A stretch of DNA of 64,000 nucleotides. Source: a virus. The notes under the pieces are model-generated. The model made no database searches. It was not told where the DNA came from and saw nothing but the letters and a program-made list of their open reading frames with translations. This document shows positions 8,371 to 19,000 of the stretch, one piece after another. The first letter of the stretch is position 1; each line of letters starts with the position of its first letter. The translations under genes were made by a program, and so were the position numbers. The stretch is from positions 1 through 64,000 of the IMG/VR virus record IMGVR_UViG_3300046820_000088; one strand, 5' to 3'.

Positions 8371-10575
8371 GTGTTAAACATTGCTAGCGGTATAGCTAAA
8401 GTAGTAACTGGATTTCAACAGGCAAGTGCTGTACTAAATCTTGCAGGAGGTCTAACAGGTAAACAAGTTGGGCAGATAATCTCCGACATTACAAAATCTA
8501 GTGATTCTCAAGGTAGACATGTTTTTGGAATACCTAATCCTCTTGAACAGTTTGCTAGTTATACCCCTTTGTGGACATTAGCCTGTTTAACCCCTCGACA
8601 GTTTAATGATCCGAGAAGTTATAGAAACAGTCCGGCAGATTTAAAACATGTTGTATTTTCGTCAGCAGGAAGATACGACAGTGCTAGAGTAAAAACAGCA
8701 TACGGTGCTCCTGAATATTTTATCAATAACTTTAACATGGCCTGTGCTATTGCTCCAACAGCAGCAACAGGTAACTCTAATGCTATCGGATTTTCGTTCG
8801 ATATTTACGAACCCCATTCTATGGGATTATTCTTGCAAAGCCTACAACTGGCTGCACTAAATGCAGGATATAAGAATTATCTCAATAATGCTCCCTATGT
8901 TTTAAAACTTGATATTGCCGGTTTTACAGACGACGGTAAAATGCTAAAGACTATGAAGTCAAAATATTTTACTGTCCGTTTAACTAAAGTTACCTTTAAT
9001 GTAAATGAAGGCGGAACAACATATAAAGTAGAAGCACAGCCGTTTAATCATCAAGGCTTTAGCACTATTAACAACCAGTTGTTCAAAGATGTTGCATTGT
9101 CTGGAGACAATGTAAAAACACTTCTAGTTTCTGGAGAACGCAGTCTTTGCCAAGCACTAAATGATAACGAAAAACTACTAGTTGAAGATAAAAAGAAAAA
9201 GTATCCAAACATTTACGAAGTACAGTTTCCTGAAACACAGGATCAGTTGTTGAATACTACAACTTCTGCGCCCACAAACTCTGCAACTGTAAAAACAACT
9301 CCTGTAGAAGTTCGATCAGTTGGTACTCGTCCTGCTGCATCGGCAGATTACGGAAATAATCCTATTGGGCAATCAGACATGGGATTTGATCAAAAGTCTG
9401 GCGGTAACTATGTCTTTAGAAAAGAAGGCGATGTTTACGACAGTAAGACAGGAAAAGTAAAAAGAGATCAAATGACTATTGATCCTAAGTCTAGAACTTT
9501 TCAGTTTACCCAAGGACAATCGATTACCGCAGTTATATCTCAAATAATAATTAGCTGTAGATATATTGTTGAAAATATTAGAAATGTTAAACTTGACGAA
9601 AAGGGATTAATCGATTGGTTTAAGATTGATGTTCAGATGCAACTGTTAGAGTTTGATGACATCATTGGTGATTATCAAAAGAAAATTATTTTTAGAGTTG
9701 TTCCTTATAAGACCCATATTAGTATATTTGGTAGCCCAACGGCTGCACCTCCTGGATACGGTGAGCTAGAGAAAATAGTAGCTAAGAAATATGAATATAT
9801 CTATACTGGTCAAAATAACGACATTCTAAGTTTTAATATTCAAATCAATAACTTGTTCTATGTTGGAGTCAATCCTAGTGCGGAAAAAGATAATGCAACG
9901 GTTTCTAACAAAGATCAAAACGCACCTGCTGAAGAAAACTCAACAAAGACTGAAGTTAACAGTGCTCCTGCAGGCGATGCAGCATTAACATCGAATACTG
10001 GTGGTATTAGGGTTGGCCCGGATGCTGATCAAGCCGGTAAGAATGACGGCGGAAGCGGAGATGTTACCGAAGCTAAAAAAGTTGCAGAGGCATTCAATAG
10101 CGCCTTCCTAAAAAGCAATAGCGATCTAGTTTCGATAGATTTAGAAATACTAGGCGATCCTTATTGGTTAGTTGATAGCGGAATAGCAAACTATCTATCA
10201 CCTCCTACTGCTACAGGTAGTATGGTTTTAAAAGATGGTTCTATGAACTATGAAGGCGGACACGTTTACATCTATCTAACCTTTAGAACACCTGCAGATA
10301 TAAATGAATACACAGGAATGTATGTGTTTCCTGGTGGTGCAAAAGAAAGTTCTTTTAGCGGATTGTATCGTGTTACAAGATGTGAGAACGAGTTTAGAGA
10401 TGGAATCTTTAAGCAAAAACTAAAATGTAATAGACTTCCGATGCAGTCTTCAGACATGGATAATAAACCACAACCTATCGACAAGGCTAAAGCAGCAGCA
10501 GTATCTGTTACACAAGAAGAGAAACCGCAGACTGCGCCGATCGATCTATCGGACTTCCCTCCAGGTATCCCTTAA
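8371..10575 (+). CDS. Baseplate hub protein (gp27-like)
   Basis: Lies between gp53 and gp5; C-terminal LEILGDPYW and FSGLYRV...F..G.FKQ.L motifs; GTG start. Confidence 0.6.
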   Translation: MLNIASGIAKVVTGFQQASAVLNLAGGLTGKQVGQIISDITKSSDSQGRHVFGIPNPLEQFASYTPLWTLACLTPRQFNDPRSYRNSPADLKHVVFSSAGRYDSARVKTAYGAPEYFINNFNMACAIAPTAATGNSNAIGFSFDIYEPHSMGLFLQSLQLAALNAGYKNYLNNAPYVLKLDIAGFTDDGKMLKTMKSKYFTVRLTKVTFNVNEGGTTYKVEAQPFNHQGFSTINNQLFKDVALSGDNVKTLLVSGERSLCQALNDNEKLLVEDKKKKYPNIYEVQFPETQDQLLNTTTSAPTNSATVKTTPVEVRSVGTRPAASADYGNNPIGQSDMGFDQKSGGNYVFRKEGDVYDSKTGKVKRDQMTIDPKSRTFQFTQGQSITAVISQIIISCRYIVENIRNVKLDEKGLIDWFKIDVQMQLLEFDDIIGDYQKKIIFRVVPYKTHISIFGSPTAAPPGYGELEKIVAKKYEYIYTGQNNDILSFNIQINNLFYVGVNPSAEKDNATVSNKDQNAPAEENSTKTEVNSAPAGDAALTSNTGGIRVGPDADQAGKNDGGSGDVTEAKKVAEAFNSAFLKSNSDLVSIDLEILGDPYWLVDSGIANYLSPPTATGSMVLKDGSMNYEGGHVYIYLTFRTPADINEYTGMYVFPGGAKESSFSGLYRVTRCENEFRDGIFKQKLKCNRLPMQSSDMDNKPQPIDKAKAAAVSVTQEEKPQTAPIDLSDFPPGIP

Positions 10576-10589
10576 ACTAAAGATAATAT

Positions 10590-12152
10590 ATGAGTATTGA
10601 AAAACGATTACCAGCTAATGCACCTAATAAAAAACTGCCTTCCGGTCCTCTGCTGGCCAAAGTAGTCGGTCATTTAGATCCAAGTTTTATGGGAGGTTTA
10701 GAAGTTACCCTACTACGTGACGAGGGTAATAATCTAGGAAACTCTAATCAAACTTACACTGTAAGATATGCAAGTCCTTTTTATGGATCTACAGCATTTG
10801 AGCACATGGGTCAAAATAAAGCAGATTTTAATGACACACAAAAAAGCTACGGAATGTGGTTCACCCCACCTGACGTTGGTGTCACAGTTATGGTTGTGTT
10901 TATTGATGGTCGTCCACAGGACGGATATTGGATAGGCTGTATACCCAGCAGATTTACTAACAACATGATTCCTGCTATTGCATCTTCAGAGAATGTGGAA
11001 CTAACTCCTGAAGATAAAAAGAAGTTTGGTACTAGTACACGTCTCCCAGTTGGCGAAGCAAATAGACGAGCTAACGATTTAAAAGTCGGAATGGACATTG
11101 AAAAAGTTAAGAAGCCAGTGCATCCTATTGCAGATGTTTTTTTAGCACAAGGATTATTAGATGACGATATTCGAGGAACCACAAACTCTTCCTCTAGAAG
11201 AGATATTCCTAACATGGTCTTTGGAATATCTACACCTGGTCCTTTAGACAGAAGAGATGGTGCAAAGAAAGGTTATATTGGAAAGAAACAAAGTATTAGT
11301 CCTCCAGTCCCAGTTAGTAGACTTGGCGGAACTACAATGGTCTTTGATGACGGTGACGATCAGTATAGACGAGTATTACCTCCTGATAGAGGTCCTGTAG
11401 AATATGTTGATACATTAGATCCTAAAGAAACAAAGAAAGGACAGCCCGACATCCCCTACGGTGAATGTTTTAGAATCCGTACAAGAACAGGCCATCAAAT
11501 ATTAATGCATAACAGTGAAGATTTAATCTACATTGGCAATGCAAAAGGCACCACCTGGATAGAACTTACAAGTAATGGAAAGATTGATATTTTTGCAGAA
11601 GATTCTATATCTATTCATACTCAGAACGATTTGAACATCAGGGCTGATAGAGATATTAACATGGAAGCAGGCCGTAATATTAACTTTAGAACAGAGTCTG
11701 GAAAGTGGCACGCAGATATTGCAACAGACATGGAGTTCTTTGTCAACAATGATGCTAAGATTACTGTGGGTGCAAACTTGGACCTGCTTGTTGGTGGAAG
11801 TACTAAGATATCTTCTGTTGCAAACTTTGATCTAAACACTAACGGTAACAATACAGTTAGTGCAGGCGGCGATACAAACATAGGCAGCGGTGGAGATTAT
11901 ACACTATCAGCTGGCGGTGAAATTAATATGAACGGGCCAGCAGCAGCAAAAGCAGCAACGGCTGAAACTGTTAAGCCTTTAGAGTTAAGAGATAATCCGA
12001 CAACAAATACAGCCTCTGGATGGGGGAAGAAATATCAGTCAGGCACATTAACAAGCATTATGAAAAGAATACCTATGCACGAACCTTGGCCGTTGCATGA
12101 AAATCAAGCACCTTCTTTCTTTACGCCGGATAACACAGACAGAGATGTCTAA
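10590..12152 (+). CDS. 5: Baseplate central spike (gp5/VgrG-like), no lysozyme domain
   Basis: OB-fold (DP..MG.L.V; SYGMWFTPPDVG..V.V.F..G....GYWIGC), RTRTGHQI, beta-helix repeats, C-terminal PMHEPWPLH. Confidence 0.8.
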   Translation: MSIEKRLPANAPNKKLPSGPLLAKVVGHLDPSFMGGLEVTLLRDEGNNLGNSNQTYTVRYASPFYGSTAFEHMGQNKADFNDTQKSYGMWFTPPDVGVTVMVVFIDGRPQDGYWIGCIPSRFTNNMIPAIASSENVELTPEDKKKFGTSTRLPVGEANRRANDLKVGMDIEKVKKPVHPIADVFLAQGLLDDDIRGTTNSSSRRDIPNMVFGISTPGPLDRRDGAKKGYIGKKQSISPPVPVSRLGGTTMVFDDGDDQYRRVLPPDRGPVEYVDTLDPKETKKGQPDIPYGECFRIRTRTGHQILMHNSEDLIYIGNAKGTTWIELTSNGKIDIFAEDSISIHTQNDLNIRADRDINMEAGRNINFRTESGKWHADIATDMEFFVNNDAKITVGANLDLLVGGSTKISSVANFDLNTNGNNTVSAGGDTNIGSGGDYTLSAGGEINMNGPAAAKAATAETVKPLELRDNPTTNTASGWGKKYQSGTLTSIMKRIPMHEPWPLHENQAPSFFTPDNTDRDV

Positions 12153-12161
12153 GGAGCAAAT

Positions 12162-12599
12162 ATGGCAAGACTATACAACCAAAAATCAGTAGCAGTTAGC
12201 AAAGCATCGCTAGGAGATAAGAATAGCGGTGCGTTTACCTATAAAGGATTTAGCAGTAAGGAAACTACTAAAAACTTTAAACTCTATGACATCGACCTAG
12301 TTAAACAAGATTTGATTAATCATTTTTATATTAGAAAAGGCGAAAAGCTAGAAAATCCAGACTTTGGCACGGTCATCTGGGATATATTGTTTGAACCGTT
12401 TACTGAAGAAATTAAAACAATCATTGCAAAAGATGTAGAAGCTATTATCAACTATGATCCTAGAATACAGGTTAATGAAATAACGGTTGATAGTACAGAA
12501 CAAGGTATTAGAATAGAAGCGTCAATCACTTATATGCCGTTTAATATTAACGAACTAATGTCTTTTGATTTTGATAAACAAAACTCGGTCATAAACTGA
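12162..12599 (+). CDS. 25: Baseplate wedge/sheath initiator gp25
   Basis: D.DLVKQDL.NHF..RKGEKL.NPDFGT.IWD.LFEP...YDPRI motif. Confidence 0.88.
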   Translation: MARLYNQKSVAVSKASLGDKNSGAFTYKGFSSKETTKNFKLYDIDLVKQDLINHFYIRKGEKLENPDFGTVIWDILFEPFTEEIKTIIAKDVEAIINYDPRIQVNEITVDSTEQGIRIEASITYMPFNINELMSFDFDKQNSVIN

Positions 12600-12617
12600 C
12601 CAGTTAACTTATTTGGG

Positions 12618-12623
12618 TAAATA
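12618..12623 (+). promoter_or_regulatory. Late promoter box TAAATA
   Basis: Sits in the intergenic gap before gp6, followed by AGGA. Confidence 0.55.
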
Positions 12624-12640
12624 CGGTATAGGATTAAAAA

Positions 12641-15600
12641 ATGACAACAACGTCTAGACAAAACAACTTAATTCTCAACGAAGATTGGACAAGAATCTAT
12701 CAGACATTTAGAAATGCTGATTTCAAAAGCTACGATTTTGAAAATCTACGTCGAGTTATTATCGAATATCTTCGCGAAAACTATCCCGAAGATTTTAATG
12801 ACTACATTGAAAGCAGTGAATACCTTGCTTTAATAGATGCTGTTGCATTTTTAGGCCAAAGTTTAGCCTTCCGTATCGATCTAGCTAGTCGAGAAAACTT
12901 TATTGAACTTGCAGAACGTAAAGAAAGTGTACTTAGATTAGCACGTATGTTGGCGTATAATTCAAAGCGTAACGTGCCTGCAAGCGGTCTTTTGAAGTTT
13001 GACACCGTAAGTACTTCGGAGAACATTTTAGATAGCAACGGGCGTGATTTAGCCCAGCAGGTTATTGTTTGGAATGACCCGACAAACGCTAACTGGGCAG
13101 AACAGTTTATCACAGTATTGAACTCAGCTATGGCTGACAATACTGAGTTTGGTAGAAGTCAAGGCTCAGATACTATTCAAGGTATATTAACAGATCAATA
13201 TAGATTTAGAACCGCTAGTGCAGATGTTCCTGTTTATACCTATAGTAAAACAGTTGCTGGAAGAAGTATGGTTTTTGAAGTAGTCAGCACTTCATTTAAA
13301 GGTGCAGAAGAAATATACGAAGAACCTCCAGTTCCGGGAAATCAGCTAGGATTTATCTATAGACAAGACGGTAAAGGCGCTGGTAGTAATAATACTGGTT
13401 TCTTTTTAATGTTCAAACAAGGAAGTCTTGAACTAGCAGATTTTGCTATAAGTGTTCCTACAACAAATGAAATAGTTTCTGTTGGTAGTGAAAATATTAA
13501 TAATACCGATGTATGGTTGTATTCTCTAAATGCTGACGGTAGTCAAGGCAGTATGTGGACACAGGTATCTAGCCTAACTGGAAATAATATTGTTTACAAC
13601 AGTATCGAAAACAGCATCAGAAACATTTACAGTGTAACAACTAAAACTAACGATACAATCGATTTATTGTTTGCAGACGGAGTTTATGGAAATCTTCCTC
13701 AGGGTTCTTTTAGAACCTACTATAGAGTAAGTAGCGGACTTTCTTATACTATTGCTCCAGCCGATATGAGAAGTATCACAATCTCTATCCCATATGTTAA
13801 CAAGCAAGGATCTGCTCATACACTAACAGTTAGCATGAGTTTAAAAACATCTGTTGCTAACTCTGCACCTTCAGAAGATATTGACAGTATTAGATCTAGA
13901 GCTCCGGCAAACTACTATACACAAAACAGAATGATTACCGGAGAAGACTATAATCTTGCTCCTTTAACCAGCAGTCAAAACATTCTTAAGGTTAAGTCAA
14001 TTAACAGAGTGTCGAGCGGTATTTCTCGCAACTTTGATATTATTGATGCTACTGGAAAATACAGTTCTGTAACTGTGTTTGGCGATGATGGTATGATCTA
14101 TAAAAATGAAACAGAAAGATCGTTGGCATCTAAGTTTACCAGCCGAGTTGACATTATTAACTTTATTCGTCAAAGTATTGAACCGTTGTTTACTGACACC
14201 GGAGTCTATAACTTTTACATAACAAAATATAATAAGATTAACTTTACAGATATCAACACATTGTGGACTCAGGTTACATCTGATGTAAACTCTACAACTG
14301 GGTATTTTACCAACGCAGTTGACAACTCATTATTAAAAGTAGGAACATATACTACTAACACCTTAAAGTATATTACATTTGGATCAATGGTCAAGTTTGT
14401 CCCCCCATCCGGTCAAGCATTTAAGAAAGGTAAGTTAGTTGCTGCTAGTGCTGCTGATCCAGAGCAGACAGATAAGATCTGGACCAAGATAGTAAAAGTT
14501 GTTGGAGACGGAACCAACGCCGGTAGAGGTGTGTTGTCAACTGGACTAGGTCCCATCACATTCAGCGACACTGTTCCTACAGGCGCTATTGCTTCTCGTA
14601 TCGTTCCTAAGTTTGTAAACGATCTTCCTACAGCACTAGAGTCAGAGATAGTTAACCTGGCCTATTCTAATCTTAACTTTGGATTGAGATTTGATATTGG
14701 TACAGCAGAGTGGAAGATTGTTACTTCTTCAAACTTAAACTTGATTGATAACTTTAATCTAGGTAAAACTGGTGATATTTCAAATACAAACTTAGACTCG
14801 TCTTGGATTCTTGCATTTGTAAAAGAAGCAGATCAATATGTAATCCGTGTAAGATCTATGGATTATGTCTTTGGTAGTTTAGAATCCAACAGATTTTATT
14901 TTGATAAAAGTCAAAAGATTTTTGATAGTAAGACTGGAAAAACTATAAAAGACCAGGTAAAAGTCTTGGGTATTAACACTGGCGTTGATTTCTTAACTCC
15001 TCTAAAACAAGATCTAACTTTTGAAATCAGCGACACTATTAAGTTCGAAGATGGTTACGAAAGTGCAAATGAGATTAAGATTGCATTTGCAGACTCTGAT
15101 GATGATGCTGTTATTGACAATCCTGAGAGTTTTGAACAGATTGTTGGAGAAGACCTTGCATTAAACTATCTTTTCTTCGTTGAAAAAATCAACAACTATG
15201 GCGATCAAATATTCGAGTATGTTGACAATACTGATGGACATATTGATATTGTTCAGAAAGAAAGTTTAGTCAATGTTAACAACTATGCTAACGGTGACTT
15301 GATTTATTTTTATGATACTGATGAAGACAGAGTAAAACGTGTGGACAAGTCTACAAATACTCTAGTGCTTGAAAGTTCTTATAGAGCAAACATTGGTCGT
15401 GCCGGACTCAAGTTCCAATATATTCATAATGCAAACGTTGACAGAAGAATCGATCCTAGCGTTAGCAATATTATCGATGTCTATCTCCTAACGAAGAGCT
15501 ATGACACAGATTATAGAAACTATATTCTGGGCGCAACTGCTACAGCTCCTGAAGCTCCGTCGAGCGACACATTAAGAATTAACTTCGGATCTACATTGAA

Positions 15601-16048
15601 CGCTATTAAGTCCATTAGCGACGAAGTTATATATCATCCGGTGACATACAAAGTATTGTTTGGTCCTGGTGCCGACGAGCATTTGAGAGCACAGTTTAAG
15701 ATTGTTAAAAACTCTAACAAGTCGATTAATGACAACGATCTAAAAGTTAGAATCATTTTAGCAATCAATGAGTTCTTTGATGTTAACAACTGGGACTTCG
15801 GTGATAGGTTCTATTTAGGTGAGTTAATAACTTACATAACTAATTCAGTAGCCCCAGATATTAGCAATATTGTGATTGTCCCAAGACAGCCGACACAGGT
15901 GTTTGGTAGTCTATTTGAAATACAGAGCCGTGCTGATGAAATCTTTATTAGTGGTGCAACAGTAGATGATATTGAAATAGTATCAGCTATCACAGCAACA
16001 GAGATTCGTGCAAGCATGGATGCGATAGTTTCTAGTACAAGTGTTTAA
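12641..16048 (+). CDS. 6: Baseplate wedge subunit gp6-like
   Basis: DFENLR, FNDYIESSE, ENF.ELAERKESV.RLA.ML.Y, FADGVYG, E.IDSIR.RAP..Y.TQNRMITGEDY; follows gp25. Confidence 0.85.
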   Translation: MTTTSRQNNLILNEDWTRIYQTFRNADFKSYDFENLRRVIIEYLRENYPEDFNDYIESSEYLALIDAVAFLGQSLAFRIDLASRENFIELAERKESVLRLARMLAYNSKRNVPASGLLKFDTVSTSENILDSNGRDLAQQVIVWNDPTNANWAEQFITVLNSAMADNTEFGRSQGSDTIQGILTDQYRFRTASADVPVYTYSKTVAGRSMVFEVVSTSFKGAEEIYEEPPVPGNQLGFIYRQDGKGAGSNNTGFFLMFKQGSLELADFAISVPTTNEIVSVGSENINNTDVWLYSLNADGSQGSMWTQVSSLTGNNIVYNSIENSIRNIYSVTTKTNDTIDLLFADGVYGNLPQGSFRTYYRVSSGLSYTIAPADMRSITISIPYVNKQGSAHTLTVSMSLKTSVANSAPSEDIDSIRSRAPANYYTQNRMITGEDYNLAPLTSSQNILKVKSINRVSSGISRNFDIIDATGKYSSVTVFGDDGMIYKNETERSLASKFTSRVDIINFIRQSIEPLFTDTGVYNFYITKYNKINFTDINTLWTQVTSDVNSTTGYFTNAVDNSLLKVGTYTTNTLKYITFGSMVKFVPPSGQAFKKGKLVAASAADPEQTDKIWTKIVKVVGDGTNAGRGVLSTGLGPITFSDTVPTGAIASRIVPKFVNDLPTALESEIVNLAYSNLNFGLRFDIGTAEWKIVTSSNLNLIDNFNLGKTGDISNTNLDSSWILAFVKEADQYVIRVRSMDYVFGSLESNRFYFDKSQKIFDSKTGKTIKDQVKVLGINTGVDFLTPLKQDLTFEISDTIKFEDGYESANEIKIAFADSDDDAVIDNPESFEQIVGEDLALNYLFFVEKINNYGDQIFEYVDNTDGHIDIVQKESLVNVNNYANGDLIYFYDTDEDRVKRVDKSTNTLVLESSYRANIGRAGLKFQYIHNANVDRRIDPSVSNIIDVYLLTKSYDTDYRNYILGATATAPEAPSSDTLRINFGSTLNAIKSISDEVIYHPVTYKVLFGPGADEHLRAQFKIVKNSNKSINDNDLKVRIILAINEFFDVNNWDFGDRFYLGELITYITNSVAPDISNIVIVPRQPTQVFGSLFEIQSRADEIFISGATVDDIEIVSAITATEIRASMDAIVSSTSV

Positions 16049-16050
16049 AT

Positions 16051-19000
16051 ATGTCAGATAAAAAATTCCCTAACAGCGATCTTCCAATCAGAAAAACTTC
16101 TGAACTATTACCAAAGGTATTTCAAACGCCTGCCAACGAAAAGTTCATGGCAGGTGTTCTTGATCCTTTAGTACAGCCGGGCGTATTGGAAAAAACAGTC
16201 GGGTACATAGGACGTCGATACGGAAAAACCTACAAAGGTAGCGATGTCTATCTTGACAGCGATAACACCCTAAGAAGTAGATACCAACTAGAACCTGGAG
16301 TCGTTGTCACAGAAAACAATAAGATTTCGAAGTTTTATGATTATATTGATTTTAAAAATCAACTGAGATTCTTTGGCAACACCGAAGAACGCGATGATCT
16401 TGTAACTGCACAAGAACACTATGCATGGAACCCACCTATTGATTGGGACAAGTTTGTTAACTTTAGAGAATACTACTGGGTTCCAGAAGGACCGCCGGCA
16501 ATCACTATTACTGGGCAGGCACAAAACATTGTTAGTGGGTATACTGTTCGTTTAGGTAACAACTCTACTTATGTCTTTACGCCAGATGGATATACAGTTA
16601 ATCCTACCTTAACTTTATACAGAGGACAGACATACAAGTTTAACGTTAATGCTCCTACCGATGGGCTAGTCTTTAGATCTGTCTACGATTCTGGAAGTCC
16701 TTTCCAGTCTCCTATTGAGTATAAAAAAGGCGTAACAAACAATGGAACTGAGAATGGAGTTATAACATTTACAGTTCCATTCGACGCACCGGACATGATT
16801 TACTATCAAAGTAAAGTTGATGTTAATCGTCTAGGTAGATTTATGATTTCCGATGTTGAATCAAATACAAAGATTAACATTGAAAAGGAAATATTAGGAA
16901 AGCCTACATACACTAGCAGCAATGATATTGTTCTGAGTAACGGTATGAACGTTAGATTCACAGGAATGGTTACTCCTGAAAAATATGCATCAGATACATG
17001 GATTGTTGAGGGTGTTGGATCTGCTATTCATCTAGTAAGGCTGCAAGACCTAGTAGTTTCACCGGCATTGAATGCCAACGTACCGGAAGTTCTATTTGAT
17101 AACGCAGGCTTTGATGCCGATCCTTTCGATGATGCAACAGCTTACCCATTGTCTAAGGACTATGTTCTAATCAATAGAGCAAGCCCTGATAATAATCCTT
17201 GGAGTCGATACAATCGTTGGTTCCACCGCAGTGTTCTTGAACAAGCACATGCATTTAACAATTCTAGTTTTGAATCCACAGAAGAAACTAGAGCCAAGAG
17301 ACCAATTATAGAGTTTAACATTGGTATACAACTTTATAATCACGGTTCCATTGCTAAAGCCACTGTTGATTATGTTGACACGTTTACAACTGATGTATTT
17401 TCTAAGATCGAAGGTAGTCTTGGCTATAATGTCGATGGCGAGCAACTTTTTGAAGGTGCCCGCCTACTAGTAATAAACGATTCTGATTCTTTAGTAAACA
17501 ACAAGATCTATAAAGTAACTTTTATTACTCATAATAATACAAAACAAATCAGCTTGAGAGAAACAGAAGATTCTGTTTCAAGTATCGGCGAGGGTGTATT
17601 AGTTCGAAGAGGAAATGTTAACAAAAGTTTAATGTACCATTTCAGCGGTACTGCCTGGGTTAAAAGTCAAGAAAAAACTGCAATAAATCAAGCTCCTATG
17701 ATTGATGCGTTTGATAAAAACGGTGTAAGTTTTTCGGATACTGATACATATCCTGTAAGTTCTTTCAAAGGAACAGAACTTGTAAGTTACAAGAAGGGAG
17801 TCAGCGTTGTTGATAGCGAACTAGGATTTAGTCTAAGTTATTTGAATATTGACAACGTAGGAGATATTGAGTTCGAGTTTGATTGGGATAAAGATACCTT
17901 CACTTATCAAAATCAGCAGTTTGTATTATCTAAGAAAGTAAACTCTGGATTCTTTAAGTTTAACCCTGCAGGAGAATACGATAACGGTTGGAAGAAGTCA
18001 GCAGAAAAATACATTCAGGCTATTATTGACAGCCAGATCATTTCTGCTCCTACTTCTACTGTGCAGTTTAATACCGTTGATTGGAATACTGATAAAGCTC
18101 TCGAAATATATTTTTATATTAATGGAAAAAAATATACAGGGGAGTTTTCAAGAGCAGGGTCTAATTTTACATTAGGCCAAACATTAGCTGCAAACGATGT
18201 AGTTGTAATAAAAGTATTCGGTGACATTATTCCGAATCAAGGATATTACGAAATCCCTGTTGGCTTAGAAAAGAATCCTTTGAACTCTAACCTACTTGAG
18301 TTTACATTAGGAACTGCATCTGACCATGTGTCAACAGCAATTGAGTTTAATAATGAGTTTATTGGAAGCTATCCTGGAAACAGTAATCTTCGTGATTTGT
18401 CACCGTATATTACTCACGGAAAGAGATTTTTAAAACATGCCGGCATTCCATCGGTTGCAATATCTTTGTTATGCGACAAAGATGTTAACTTAATCAAGTC
18501 TTTACAGTTTTCTAAAAAGTCATATACTGAGTTTAAAAATAACTTTGTAAAGTTGTCAACAACTTTATATTATAATCAAACCCCTGCTGATTTTGTAGAT
18601 GACATCTTGTCAGAAATGGCGAGAACAAAAACATCTATCACACCATTCTCGGATACCGACATGGTTGGTAGCGGAGCACATACAAAAATTGAATATACTG
18701 TTGAAGATACAGGCATTAAGACTTTTGCATTGTCTTCTAAGTTTAGTCTTGATACATTAAGTAGAAAGGCAGTCTATGTCTACCTCAATGATGTTCAACT
18801 ATTAGTTAATACACAATATGAGTTTAACTCGTCTTTTGGTTTTGTACAACTAAAAGTAGACCTGCAAGAAGGCGACAGAATTGAGATTAGAGAATATGCA
18901 TCTACTGCATATAACTTTATTCCAGCAACACCTACAAAACTAGGACTGTATAAAAAATACACTCCTATGATATTTGTTGACAACACCTATGTAACACCTC